Source: Eledone cirrhosa (lineage: Eukaryota). From it: a DNA stretch of 64,000 nt. Positions 9,518-22,111 of this stretch are shown here, one piece after another; within the stretch, counting starts at the first letter, position 1; every line of letters begins with the position of its first letter. The stretch is taken from the NCBI GenBank assembly GCA_964016885.1, contig OZ024741.1, positions 157,790,001 through 157,854,000 on the forward strand, written 5' to 3'. Both the position numbers and the translations under genes were made by a program. The notes below the pieces were generated by a model that saw only the letters and a list, made by a program, of their open reading frames with translations, searched no databases and had not been told where the DNA came from.

Positions 9518-12055
9518 TTAAGAGTACACATACCTGTGAAATATTCAGTCACTTAAACATTAATTCACCTGTTGGCCAGTCTGATTCATCATGAGTGTAT
9601 TTATATTTACCACTTCCTTTAAAGTCTCATCCCCTTCTCAAGTTAGCTGCCTCTCTCTCCTCTGAAGATGGTACAATAATCATTCTCTAGTGTTGGTGTC
9701 ACTATAAAATTCACCCACCACACTCTGTAAATTAGTGATGCTGGTGTCACAATAACATGCACCTAGTTTACTCTGTAAAGTAGAAGCGCTGATGTCATGA
9801 TAAAATGCACTCAGTAAAATGTAAAATGGTTGGTGTTAAGAAAGGCATCCAATCGCAGAAACCATGTCAGAATGGAACATATAAGCAAAACATGGTCATC
9901 TGACCTGTCTAGTCTCAAAACGTGGCTACCCATCCAACCCATATCAGCATGGAAAATGGATGTAAAACAATAATAATAATATACATTTTGAAATAAACAC
10001 TTTTGTATCATAGAACCAGAAGTGGTTTCAGGGATGGTGGTATCACGCATGCATACATATACAGACATGCACACACACAATGAATCTTGTTGCTCTGGAG
10101 TTTTACCAGTATCATCAAAGAAGACTCATGATCCTGTGAGTATACAGGTAAAACTCTAGAGTAACAAGACTCATCACTTAGCTATAATAAAAAAAAAAAT
10201 CTGTAAACACAGCTTCAAAAATCGGGTAAAATACCTCATATAGATGGAAAAAGTGGCCTGCAGCTGCTGCAGAGAATCGAACTCTGTATCTCTTTTCCAT
10301 TAATAGGGGTATTTTACCTGATTTTCTAAAGCGTGTTCGCAGCTATTTCCTGCATTTGAGGTTTTCTACATTTCTAAACATTTAAACTTACTTGGCACTT
10401 AGTGTTTATTTACAATAAGATCCCGTTAAGGGTGAAAGCAGCAATTCTTTGCTTAAACTTTAATCTGTTCTTAGATAAACCTGTACAGCAAATATTTATT
10501 ATATATAATCTTTATCGAGCCCTCTTCAGATTTTAGTCTTCACATTTATTATTACTATATATATATATATATATATAACGAAGGAAATGTGGTAAGGAAC
10601 CAGGTGGACCATAACGCACCAAAGTACTCAATACTTTGGGTAGTAGAGTGGGTAATAGGAACCAGTAAGACCCCGACGGCTGAGCTCAAGCCGTTTCGAC
10701 GGCTAATTATATATATATATATCCAAACTCATGCAAGCGTGGAAGATGGACGTTAAACGATGATGATGATGATGATGATGATATATATATAAGGGTATAG
10801 TGGGTTTCTGAGTTTCTGTCCACCAAACTTCACAGATAAGGCGTTGTTCAACCTGAGGCTGTAGTAAACACTTGTGTAAAGTGTTGAACTGAGTACCACA
10901 TAGTTATGAAGTGAACTCCTTAACTACACAACCATGCTTGCACCTGCCCGTAATTTATATTTGAAGAAGTTTGGGTGGTATTTGATGAATGAAGTTGCTC
11001 TGATGAACTAAGGTAAACCATTCCCTCATTTTCCCACATAATTTACCAAGGAATCATCTATATCGCTCTATTGGAAAACCTAACACTGATCGTACGTAAG
11101 CTAAACACACATTTACTGAGGAAAAACAAACAATATTCTTGTTTCAATAGCTTCTGCTTCTCCAATTGTTAGCTCATGGATGATGGTGTATGTATTGAAC
11201 CTACTGTGTTTTTTTTCACATTTCAAAGTGAGTAATTAATTAATTGATAGTCATTAATTAGTTTTCATCCTAGATAGTATATTTATATTATTTACACCCC
11301 AACCTCTCTCTCTCTCTCCTAAGTTATCACTCAGGCATGCTGCATTCATCTTTCTCTCTCACTCTCTTTTATGAAAACTGTTTAGAAATGTTGTCTATTT
11401 TGATTTGTGTTTACATCTTCAATTCACTTGTTAATCTTTCCATCACATTACCTATTTTTTTTTTTTTATTCTTTTGAGTTGTACATGTCTGGCAAGTGAT
11501 TTGATCTGGGACCGTGTGTGTTGAAACTAAAGCAATTACATCATGGAAGAATCATTTTCGCATTTAAAAAGGAATAAGGAAAGGAATCAATCATTAAATC
11601 AGACCAAGGAAACTGTTTCTTTTGGTCTTTCCATTACTTGTACTATTTGCTAGCAATGAAAAGACCAATGGAAACATTTTTTCTTGGTCCAATCTGATGA
11701 TTAGCTCTTTTCCTTTTTTAATGTCCATGATGTTATTGTTTTTTTTTATACTATAGATAAACATAATTCAGGTTTCCAGAGTTGGCAAATCTACTGTTGT
11801 TTCCCATTGAACATCCAAGCAATTAGAAATTATGAATATTTTTCATATATTTGACTCTGGCTAAAGCCATCACACTTTTGAAACTTAAATATTATTGCAT
11901 TTCATGGGAAGAGGAAAAGTATCTAAATTTCAGTATTGAAATCTGAAGAAGACTGCTATCACAATTTGGGATTTCAAAATGTTAGAAAATAAAATAAAAA
12001 CAACCTAATAATTATACCATTAGTCTGCTTGATTACTTCTGCTTTGAGCAGTATT

Positions 12056-12305
12056 AATCCTTTCATTAACATATTTCTAATGGAAAATCCTTGCCTATAA
12101 CTTTTAATTCATTTTGAAAATAATGAAGACTTTCAAGCGACTTAGTGATAACCTTCTCATTATTAAACTAGTGTTTACAAAATAATCCAACAAACATAGA
12201 ATTATGACGTAAGGTTTTTAGATAAATATAAAGGCTTTAAAATAAACAGCTTTGTATCGTAGAACCTGGGTGTATTTCATGCAATTTGGTATTGAAAGTG
12301 TTAAA
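12056..12305. mobile_element. Second TTAA-flanked AT-rich MITE family copy
   Basis: Shares TTAA(C/T)CCTTT...GGTATCAAAAG(A/G)GTTAA-like ends and internal AAATTATGA/TTTAGTAA blocks with copies at ~4935, 19765, 25430, 39150, 42745, 45997, 47905 and 48630. Confidence 0.6.
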
Positions 12306-14369
12306 TCAGAATCACATTTTTATATCAACATTGGTCAATATTTTTAAACAAGATATCTTAATATACTCATTCAATAAACACACTGTAAACTGTTGGTGTT
12401 AGGAAGGGCAGCCAGCTATCAAAAACATGTTAAACAAATGGTTGAGAGGACTTTTTAGTTGTGTCAAGGACATGCCATGATAAAATGTACCATGTACATC
12501 ATTAGATCATAAAAACTGAAGCATGATCAACAATTTAAATCTCACCCACTTTTGTGGGGAAGGGTGAAATTTGCTATAAACATTTGAATAACCTCCATCA
12601 AATAATTTTCTTCAAAATTTCTTTAAATTCTGAAAATTTTATAAAGATGTAAATGGGGCTTTATCCGGAGTTTCAATGTGATTAGTGTTGTTTATTAGGG
12701 TTTCTGTAAAGTTAAGTTAGCATTTAACAAATATCAAAACAAATAAAAATACACAGAAAACAAGATGATAATGAAAAAAATGAAATAAGCTACTGTAAGT
12801 ATCACTTGTTAGCTGCATGCCACATCTTCTTATTAAGTTTGGAGTTCTTACAGTTTAAGTCTCTTTTAAGTATCATAGGGTGTTGGATTAAATGCCTTCA
12901 TATTTATTCCAACTCATTGCATTCTGAGTTCAAATCCCACTGAAGACAATTTTGCTGTTCATCGTTTCGGGGGGTTGATAAATAATATATCAGTCCTGAG
13001 GTGGTGGATTGGTGCATTTGTTAAAAAGAACCAGGCAGGATGTTTTGCAGTATCTGATCAGGCTCTGTACATTTTGAGTTTAAATCCTGCCGCCTCCTCC
13101 TCTCAGAAGTTGTGACCAGCAGATAGTATCAGCTTGCAGTAGAAGTGGTGACTCATTGTAGTAAAGCAGTCATTAGAAAAAGTTATGAAGTCAAGGCTTT
13201 GTCATGGCTTCACTTTCTCAAAGGATTGGATGAAAAATGACATTAAGTATCACAGAAATTCAGTAGCCTCCAGCAGTCTCCCTACATTATGTATTATATT
13301 AGGCACTAAAATGAAAATTCTGAACGACTTATTAGTAAAAGAAAATCATTGTAATTGGTATTAATGAACTTAAAATTGTTTTAAATTAAATTGTGTTTGA
13401 TATTAGTACATATGAAAGAAAATGATTGTAGTTGATATAAATGAGTGCAGCAAGCATTTTAGTGGCATTTCCCTCGCTAAAGCTGGGGTTAGCCTTGCAG
13501 GCCTCATGAAAGGCTTCATGCTCACCACAGGTTCCTTTTTGAAACGTCTTACTACTAGGTGCCCCTTCTGGCACCAACCTTTTTAGTCGTCTCTTACGAG
13601 ATGCAGGGATACAGTGTGCCTATTCTAAACTGGATAAACAATTTCATTTTACATTCACTGAAATTATACTAAGTTGGATAATATCTAATGCATTTCATAA
13701 ATGCATTAGATATTATGTACAGCGATTGCTGGAGATTGCTAAATTTCTGTGACCCTTAAAAGAGACTTAAAATGAAAGAATGTCTTAAGTTTTATTCACT
13801 AAGTGTTATGTAGTTTTTAGCACACCTGTATCCCACCTAAGCGGGATCTAGTGTTAGTATATTAATGTGCACACCTCTTTTAGTAGTTCTGTTATATGAA
13901 AGGCTGGGTTATTCATGTTATTATTCTTGTTTCATTTTATTGTCAACTAATTAAAATTCATTAACAAATTATTTTTTATATAGTGAAACATTCTTTTGTT
14001 TTTCTAGTTTTAATAATGTTTAAGTTATTTTTTTTTTACTTATTCAAACTGGGATGCTTTGTGTTAGTGATCCAAGTTTGCTGTGCATTCTGAATTCAAA
14101 TCACTCATCCTTCTGCCCAGAGTTGCAAGTGGCAAAATATCAGTTATGGAAAGACCAATGGTTCGATCTGATGATTGACACCTTTCCATTTTCTATATAA
14201 GTGCAGGTATGGTTGTGTGGTCGAGAAGTTTGTATCCCAATTACATGATTTCAGATTCAATTTTACTGCATGGCACATTGGGCAAGTGTTTTCTACCATA
14301 ACCTATAGTCGATTAAAGCCTTATGTGTGAAATTTAGTTGAGCTTCTTTTTCTTTGTATTGCCTAGATT

Positions 14370-15100
14370 AACATTACCACCAACCGGCCCTGGAGAGTAG
14401 AGTTTCTTTAGCAGAGTCAACTTTGTTGCAAGTATTTGAGTCAAGTCTCAATGAAAGTGGCATGAAGAGGATTCTTGATTGCCTGAGTTACTTTGGTGTT
14501 GTCAACATAGCTAGTGACAGTGACTGTCTGTATTACCGAAGGCCTGTCTGAGAGAGCCACTACAAACAAGTGTCCCCAAAATGTTTCCTTTGAGAAGGCT
14601 CCATTAGCTGTAACAGCTTGGTTTCTGTATTTTAGAAAGTCATGCAACCCTTCTCTTAGTTTTCAAACTATACTGAAACTATGTAGTTTGTGACATATCA
14701 TTCCATGATCAACCTTATTGAAAGCCTTTACAAAGTCGAGATATATCAGTTGCAAAATCATTCAAACATGAATACGTTTCAGCACCACTCATGATACTGT
14801 AAAAGCTGTGTATGGCAGCTTCTTTCATAGTGAAAGCCATGCTGGGTGTTAGTTAGAAGACCATTTTCCTCTCCTTCCATGACTGCTCATATCTGAGGTC
14901 AGAGAGACATAACTCCAATTTTAGCATCTGTTCTGCTTCTTCCTTTATGGATGGGGTATTATGCCTTCCTTTAACTTTCCAGGGAGTTTGAGAGAAAGCT
15001 TTGGAAGGAGGATCTGCACTTGTTTTACTAAGGCCTGTTAGCAGGTTTTTAGGAGGATTGCTGGTAATCTGTCAGGGTTGAATTTAAGCTCATTTCATTT
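14370..15100 (-). mobile_element. Decayed CR1/Jockey-type LINE RT fragment
   Basis: Minus strand gives YLDFVKAFNKVDHG and SYVDNTKVTQAI (degenerate YADD region), with many stops. Confidence 0.65.
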
Positions 15101-15124
15101 GTGACTCATATTACATCTTCCTCT

Positions 15125-15215
15125 TTTTTGTTGATATTATTATTACTATTACTATTATTATTGTTATTGCTGTTGTTGTTGTTATTATTATTACTATTAT
15201 TGTTGTTGTTATTAT
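15125..15215. repeat. (TTA/TTG)n microsatellite abutting a splice acceptor
   Basis: Direct reading of the sequence. Confidence 0.9.
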
Positions 15216-15217
15216 AG

Positions 15218-15300
15218 TTAAAAGGCAGTATAGAGCCCTGTATCAGTTTGAGGCCAGAAACCATGATGAGTTGTCTTTGATGCCTGGAGATGTAATCATC
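15218..15300 (+). CDS. ITSN1: Intersectin exon, SH3A N-terminal half (VKRQYRALYQFEARNHDELSLMPGDVII)
   Basis: tag acceptor and gtaagt donor at 15301; phase 1->0; canonical SH3 ALYxF..DELS motif. Confidence 0.92.
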
Positions 15301-16359
15301 GTAAGTTCTCATTTGAATTTCCTTTTTTTGTAATTTGACTTTTTACATTCCTAACTGTTTATATCAATAGTTGGATATGGAATGGGGTGCAGGCATAGCA
15401 GTGTGGTAAAGAAGCTTGCTTCACAACTATATGGTTTCAGGTTTGGTCCTACAGTCTGGCACATTAACTCTTAACATCTTGTAATAATTTAGCCTAAACT
15501 ATCTAAAAATGGGTTTAATTCATATATTTATAGTGTCATTAATAGTGTATAGGTCGTTTTGAAAATTTACAGTATTGACATTTAACATTCTGTCGTGATT
15601 TAGCAGAAATTATTTAAAGATGTGTTTGTTAATTCAAATATTTCTAGTATCTTTACTCGTGGACAAATCATTGTGAAAATTTGCCAGAGTATTGTTTTGT
15701 ACTTTTCAAAAATATTTTGCTAATGTGGTTTCATATGATACAGAACGTTGAGTTAAAGCATGATGTATCCCAGGAAAACTTTATCCAGTTTACTCTTTTC
15801 TAGGAAGGTAGGGTGTAATTTGAAAGATATTTTTCTGCTATTTCTAGCAAGTCAAGCTACTGCATATACGTTTTCTTTATTGGTTTGTAAAAATGTCACC
15901 TCTGACTTGCAGTGACCTCTTCATATTCTGACAAAAGAAAATCATTGCTACTATTATGGAAGAAATGACTGGAAGGGAATTAATAGATTTATTTTTCAGA
16001 GGAACATGACAAAATTGATCCAAAGATCCAGCCTTAGGCAACCAGACAGAGGTAGTAATATAATTGTGCTATATGGAAACAAACAAGCAAGTGTTTTAAG
16101 GCTATTTTCTCTGCTAAAACAGAGGTTAGCCTTGCAGGCCTCATGGCAAGCATCATACTTTTCATGGGGTCCATTCTGAGGCAAAGTCTTACAGCTGGAT
16201 GCCCTTCCTGGTGCCAACTGTTTTAATCACATCTTATTATATGCAGGGATGATTGTACTTATTCTTAACTGGTTACACAGTATATATATATATATATATA
16301 ATGATTTATCCAGGCTCTTGGATGATTTTGAAAAGCTATTATTATTTATAATTCCAATC

Positions 16360-16610
16360 AGATTTGACAAAAATAAGTACCAGATTAAAAAAAAAAAATG
16401 AACCGGCATTGATATGATCAACTAAAGCCTTTGAATGAGGTGTCCCCAGCTTGGCCACTGTCAAATGACTGGATTTATTTTATTCATTTACTGAATTCAG
16501 TCATTTGACTGTGGCCAAGCTGGGGACACCTCATTCAAAGGCTTTAGTTGATCATATCAATACCGGTTCGTTTTTTGTTTTTTTTAATCTGTTACATATT
16601 TTATCAATCT
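16360..16610. repeat. Inverted pair of SINE 3' segments (~110-bp arms, ~20-nt loop)
   Basis: gaaccggcattgatatgatcaactaaagcctttgaatgaggtgtccccagcttggccac... is mirrored at 16498-16570 with 2-3 mismatches. Confidence 0.9.
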
Positions 16611-16910
16611 CTTTTTGTCAAACCACTAAATTACAGGATATAAACAGAGGCACAATCATAAACATAGACACACATACATATTCATATATATCTTGACAGC
16701 ATTCCACACTATTTCTGTCTTCAAAATTCCAATCAGATGGCATTAATCAACTTGGTGCAACAGTAGAAGACTCTTGTCTAACTGCCACAGAATAGGAATA
16801 ATGAGCCTGAAACCATGTGGCTCTGAAGCAAACTCCTTCACCACCAAACAGACTTGCCTGTTTCTGTAAGTTTTAAGATTAATATGTTTAATATAATGTC
16901 TATTTTTCAG

Positions 16911-17038
16911 GTGGCATCAGCTGATGATGAAACTGTCCCTGGTTGGGTCAGTGGAGAACTTGATGGCCAAACTGGCTGGATTCCCAAAGACTACATGGAG
17001 TACGTTGGTGAAATTGAAGATACCGCAAATTTTGCAAA
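16911..17038 (+). CDS. ITSN1: Intersectin exon, SH3A C-terminal half (VASADDETVPGWVSGELDGQTGWIPKDYMEY...)
   Basis: tttttcag acceptor and gtaagg donor; phase 0->2. Confidence 0.92.
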
Positions 17039-17674
17039 GTAAGGACTACCATTTCTGGTTTTCTGCATATAATTTATTTGAATGAACAAAAGGTTAAGAG
17101 GACTCATCATTTGTATCAAAGACATGACAACCTCCCTAGTACTGGGGTTATTGTAAAATGCACTCGGCACATAGAAACCATACAGTACATTTTGTAACGT
17201 GATTGTGTTAAGAAGGGTATCTAATCATAAAAATTTTGCAAAAAGAAGTGTTGAAGGGCTCTTTGGTTGTGTTAAAGACATAACAACTTCTGTAAAGTGA
17301 TTGGTGCTAGAAAGTCCATTCATTCTGGAAACCTCAAGTAGGTTGTTGTGTCCTTGATACAGCAACCTCCCTAGTGCTGATGTCATGATAAAATGTACTC
17401 AGCACATTCTGTAAATTGGTTAGTATTGTTAGCTTAATCCTTTAGCATTTACATTATTCTATATCTACTATTATATTTTCATGGTAAAGGCTTTACCTCA
17501 CATAATTATCTCACATGATATTGAATCTATGAGATTCAATATCATTGAGAACAATTCCTTAACATCAGTATGAGTTGCCAGTTACGGCCGATTTGAACAG
17601 AAAGAATGATGGCCATATATGGCTGGTTTAAATGCTAAAGGGTTAATTATATTTCAATTCTGTGTTATTCTCAG

Positions 17675-17771
17675 TGAGCAACAACCAGCAACCACTATTT
17701 CGGCATCAGAGGATTCTTCATTCACTGCTGTACAATCACGAGCTGTCAATAGCTCTCCTACACCAGGACAG
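17675..17771 (+). CDS. ITSN1: Intersectin exon, SH3A-B linker (...NSSPTPGQ)
   Basis: ctcag acceptor and CAG|gtatgt donor; phase 2->0. Confidence 0.88.
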
Positions 17772-17982
17772 GTATGTAAAGAAAATTATCAGCTATTATT
17801 GTACTTAATTCTCATCATCATCCTTTATCATCCATATCATGATGATGATCATCATCCATATTGTTGTCATCGTTGACATCAGGCAGAAAGGCAGACGTTT
17901 TTAAAATAGGAGAAAAATGGGTTAAAATTTTGGTTTTGAGTTTGATGCCCTGATCGAGTGGCACACAGTCCTTAAACAAGAT

Positions 17983-19148
17983 ATAATGATAATGAAATTA
18001 TTGTGTACAGTGCTCAGGTGCACTACAACTCGTCAAAGGTGCATGTATAGTACATAGAATAATATACAAATGTCAGGGAAGTGAATAGTGTACGAGTCAT
18101 GATATACATGTGTGCGTGTGTATGGAGGGGGAATATTAGGTGTAGTGTTGGCGAATCTCAGGAAGCATGGAGGTTTTAAAGGATGCAGTGTCTCGACAGC
18201 TAATAACTGATGCAGGTAGTTTGTTCCATGCTTCAGCAACTCTGAGTGTGAAAAAATGTTTCCGAAAGTCATGGGAACTGTACTGTTTTCTGACTTTGTG
18301 GGCATGCCCACGTGTGTTAGACACATGGAAATCAAAAAGGTACTCAGGGTTGTTGTTGGCAAGATGGTTAACAATTTTGTGGGTGTTTACCAAGTCAGTT
18401 GCCAGGCGTCGGAGCTTCAATGTATCCATGCCCAGGGAAGCAAGGCGCTCAGAGTATGGTAGATGCCTGATGGAGGGTATTCGCTTGGTTGCACGTCTCT
18501 GAACAGTTTCCAGGAGGTCAATGTTCTGAGCAAGATAGGGGTTCCAGACTGGTGATGCGAATTCTAAGTGTGGCTGCACCATAGCTATATACAGCTTTAA
18601 ATAGATAGCTGGACAGCGGCTGACAAAGGTCTTGCTAAGTGATGCTAAGACACCCTAGGCCTTCTTGACAATTTTAGAGATGTGCTTCGTCCAACGCAAA
18701 TCGCTGCTGACCGTAATGCCCAGGTCACGTTCACAAGGAGACTTCTTGAGATTAGTGTTGTGGAGAGAGTATGTGGACACTGGGTTTTTACTCCCAAAAT
18801 GCATGGTGGTACACTTGTCCACAGCCAGCTTGAGTTGCCAGTCTGGGATCTATTGCTGCATTGTCTAGGTCAGATTGCAGGCAAGATCTATAGTGTTCAG
18901 GATCTGTCCTTTTTATCTCAAGGTACAGATTGATGTCATCAGCATATTTCAGGACTGTGGCATTCTTTAAGTTGGCATCTATGTCATTAATATATGCAAC
19001 AAACAAAAGTGGTACACCAGATGACATCTCATATGGTGATGAATGCTGTCCTAGAACTGTGACTACCTCTCTTCGACTGAGAAAGGACTTCAACCAGTTA
19101 AAAAGATTATCCTTCACACCCATTGCAGAGAGTTTTGCCATAAGTCTT
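17983..19148 (-). mobile_element. CR1/Jockey-type LINE, 5'-truncated 3' end (RT C-terminal part plus tail)
   Basis: ORFs 18788-19141 (KYADDINLY) and 18136-18582 (PHLEFASPVWNP..LETVQRRATK..TRGH). High identity to 53590-54109; (TTA)-type tail. Confidence 0.9.
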
Positions 19149-19564
19149 ATGTTATTTCACATTGCTTTTCATTATCTGATTGGGGTTTCTGACATTAAAA
19201 CACCCCAAAAACCTCCCATGAGATGCAACCTTATAAGTCAGCTAAACCTACTTAGGTATGAGTTGTAAATTTCATTTCATTTCTACATATGCATATCTAG
19301 GTTCATGGCCTAGTGGTTTGTGTGTTGTGCTCACAATCATAAGGTTGTGGGTGAAGTTTCTGGACTAGTTGGCACATCATATTCTTAAGCAAGATGCTTC
19401 ATTTCACGCTGCTTTTCATGGTAGGACTAAGCTCCACTATCATTAAAACTGAGGCTTTCTAAACTTGCAGTGGTGTGAGTTGTAAATTTTGTTTTTGTTG
19501 TGTGTGTGTGTATAATGTCATTCATTTATTCACTTTGAGGGTGACTGGCTTTGATCTTCAACAG

Positions 19565-19711
19565 GGTATGGCAGCCCCAGAAGGACTACAAGCTGTTGCA
19601 TTATACCCGTGGAAAGCTAAGAAAGAAAACCACCTTACTTTCAACAAAGGTGACACCATCATTGTCAAGGAACAGCAAGATATGTGGTGGTCTGGAGAAC
19701 TCAATGATAAG
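19565..19711 (+). CDS. ITSN1: Intersectin exon, SH3B ([49 protein letters not shown])
   Basis: acag acceptor and AAG|gtatgt donor; 147 nt, phase 0->0; hallmark intersectin SH3B sequence. Confidence 0.95.
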
Positions 19712-19768
19712 GTATGTTCATCACTCTCATTTCTGTAGGAGTTTTGGCTGGGGTGAAGGCTGGATTAA

Positions 19769-20017
19769 CCCTTTCGTTATATTTCTAATGAAAATCAGTC
19801 TATGCTTTTCAAATAATTTTTTTTAAATAAACAAGAATTTGGAGGAATTTAGTAATATAATTAACTTTCTCATTATTTAGTTGATGTTTGGAGCATAATT
19901 TAACAAAAGTTCTTAGATAAAATTATGAAAATTTTTTGATAAATATAAACGCTCTAAAATGAACAGCTTTGTGTTATAAAACCAGAGGGGGATTCTGACA
20001 GGTTGGTATCAAAAGAG
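19769..20017. mobile_element. TTAA-flanked MITE copy
   Basis: TTAA|CCCTTTCGTT ... GGTATCAAAAGAG|TTAA. Confidence 0.7.
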
Positions 20018-21147
20018 TTAACATCACAAGCTTTGAATAAGTATCTTTTATGACTTATTTATGAAGAGACTATTTTAGCACATAGCTAGTGGATACAAGC
20101 ATGGCTATTTGGTTATGATGTTCACTTCACAATCATGTAATTTCAGCTGGTAAGTAGAAAAATAAATGCAACTATTGCCATCAGGGAAATGCCCATGCTT
20201 GATAGATAAAAAAGAAGTAAGGAGAAATTTAGTGCGATCACAGGCAAGCTAACCCAGAAAAGAGATTTTAGGTTTGGTAGATGCAGAAGACTAGTCAGCA
20301 GTAAGAGTTCCAGTGATATGCACATATATCCCATGTATCCTAGTTTTTAGATTATGTACTTAGTATATCTGCATCACAAAAGAGACAACTAAGAAGATTA
20401 GCAGCAGGAAAGGCCTCCGTCTGTAGAAGAGGCCCATCCAACCCATGCCAGCATGGAAAGATGGCATAAAAATTGATGATTATGATGAAATATTTCTCTT
20501 GCTTTGGATTTATTTCAGTTTTGAATAAGTCTCTAGTAGATGTTATACTGGTGGAAAGTTGTCAGTGTACAGTCAGATGTATACTGCTCACTTGTGATGG
20601 CTTCCATTCTCTCAATGTTGCTTTTGTGAAAAGTAGTGAAGGTGTGTGGCTTAGTGGCTAGTGTTTGGCTTATGATCATAAGGTTGTTTGTTTTCTGGAC
20701 TGGGTGGTGTAATGTGTCTTTGAATAAGACATTTTATTTTATATTGCTCCAATCTACTCAGCTGGTAAAAATGGGTTGCGATAAGACTGGTGCAAAGCAG
20801 GTCAGCCTTTGTATTTCTCTTGGTCAACATTATATGTAGTATATATATATAGTGTGTATATGAGCTACAACAACACTGGTGCCAAGCTCTTCTGGCATTT
20901 GCCTTGGACACTGTTGGTGGCATGGAGAGGTGAGACTTGCAGGCATGGATGACTGCTGGTCTTCCACAAAGCACCTTGCCCAGGCTTGCATCCTGTGGAG
21001 GAACAGTTGTGTCTGATGGGCATCTCATGTGTCCCATGTGAAAAGTAAGAAATATATTCACTTCACATATGCCTCCAACACCTCTTCTAAAACTCTGAAT
21101 CCTAGCATCTGTAATGTTACTAAATAGATTTATTTTCTTGTTAACAG

Positions 21148-21206
21148 GAAGGCTGGTTCCCCAAGTCATATGTGAAATTAATTGGTACAAGTGTTCCGAA
21201 ACCAAG
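21148..21206 (+). CDS. ITSN1: Intersectin exon, SH3B end (EGWFPKSYVKLIGTSVPKP)
   Basis: ttaacag acceptor and AG|gtattt donor; phase 0->2; GWFPKSYVKL motif. Confidence 0.93.
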
Positions 21207-21857
21207 GTATTTTCTCATTTCATTTTCACTTCCTTTTTTTTTACATATCTTATTTTTGGTGTCTAACTACTATTAATAATGAATGTGCATGGATTAGTGG
21301 TTAGGCTATTGTACTCAGCTTGCACCTATGTAGGTTTAGCTGGCTTGATAATGTCAACCTATGGACTGGACTTGATCTTTGCTCTTTAAACTTTGCTGTT
21401 GGTGATCAAACTTTGTGGAGAAAAATATCTCATGTTCATGCGCAGTCTGCACCTGGCAGAGCTTAGCGTCAAAGTAGTAGTATTGTACTCAGGATCATGG
21501 TCAGTAGTTTGATTCATCAGCCAGACAGCACATTGTTTTCTTGAGCAAGCCACTTCATGCTACTCTTCATGATAAGACTGAGGTCACAATCATTTAAACA
21601 CCTAAGAGGCCTCCTATGAGATGCAGCTTGGTGAAGGACCACAACATGATAGGACTGGGTTCACTATCATTAAAACACCCATGAAACCTCTTATAATAGA
21701 GAACCTAGTGGGAAACCAGCTAAACTTTCATAGGTGTGAACCTTAAAATGCGTGTGTATAAGAGGCCTCATGGAGTCAGTGATGAATATTGTGAAGAGAA
21801 AAGGAATAAGATGGTTTGGTCATGTCTTGAGGAAGGATAAAAGTGATTGGGTGTGAG

Positions 21858-22111
21858 CAAGGGCCTTATTTCAGCGGGGTACCAGGGGACAAGTCCACTT
21901 TTTCAAATGTCTATATTTTATTTTTTGTTTATTTGATATAAATAAATTCTTTTTAAGCTTATTTTTTTTTATATCTGAACTTCATTTGAATATATACATT
22001 TTACTTATGTGATAGGGTCCGGGAAAGGCACCATAAGCAATTTATGCTCCTTTAAGAATCAACAAATGTCGGTTTGTTCCCCTCACATTTCTAAGGCAAA
22101 CGAGGCCCCTG
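21858..22111. mobile_element. hAT-type MITE with 8-bp TSD, inserted in an RTE relic
   Basis: GGTGTGAG at 21850-21857 and 22112-22119; TIRs CAAGGGCCTTATTT / AAACGAGGCCCCTG. Confidence 0.85.

Noticed and set aside
11151-11227. Possible extra exon (caatag|CTTCTGCTTCTCCAATTGTTAGC...) between 7010 and 15218
   Set aside because: The available GT donors give phase 0 or 2, not the phase 1 needed, and the flanking exons already join in frame.
15804-16051. Microexon candidates inside the SH3A intron (tag|GAAG|gtaggg; cag|AGGAAC...|gtagta)
   Set aside because: At 4 nt and 52 nt they are frame-shifting, and the first lies in a dispersed repeat.
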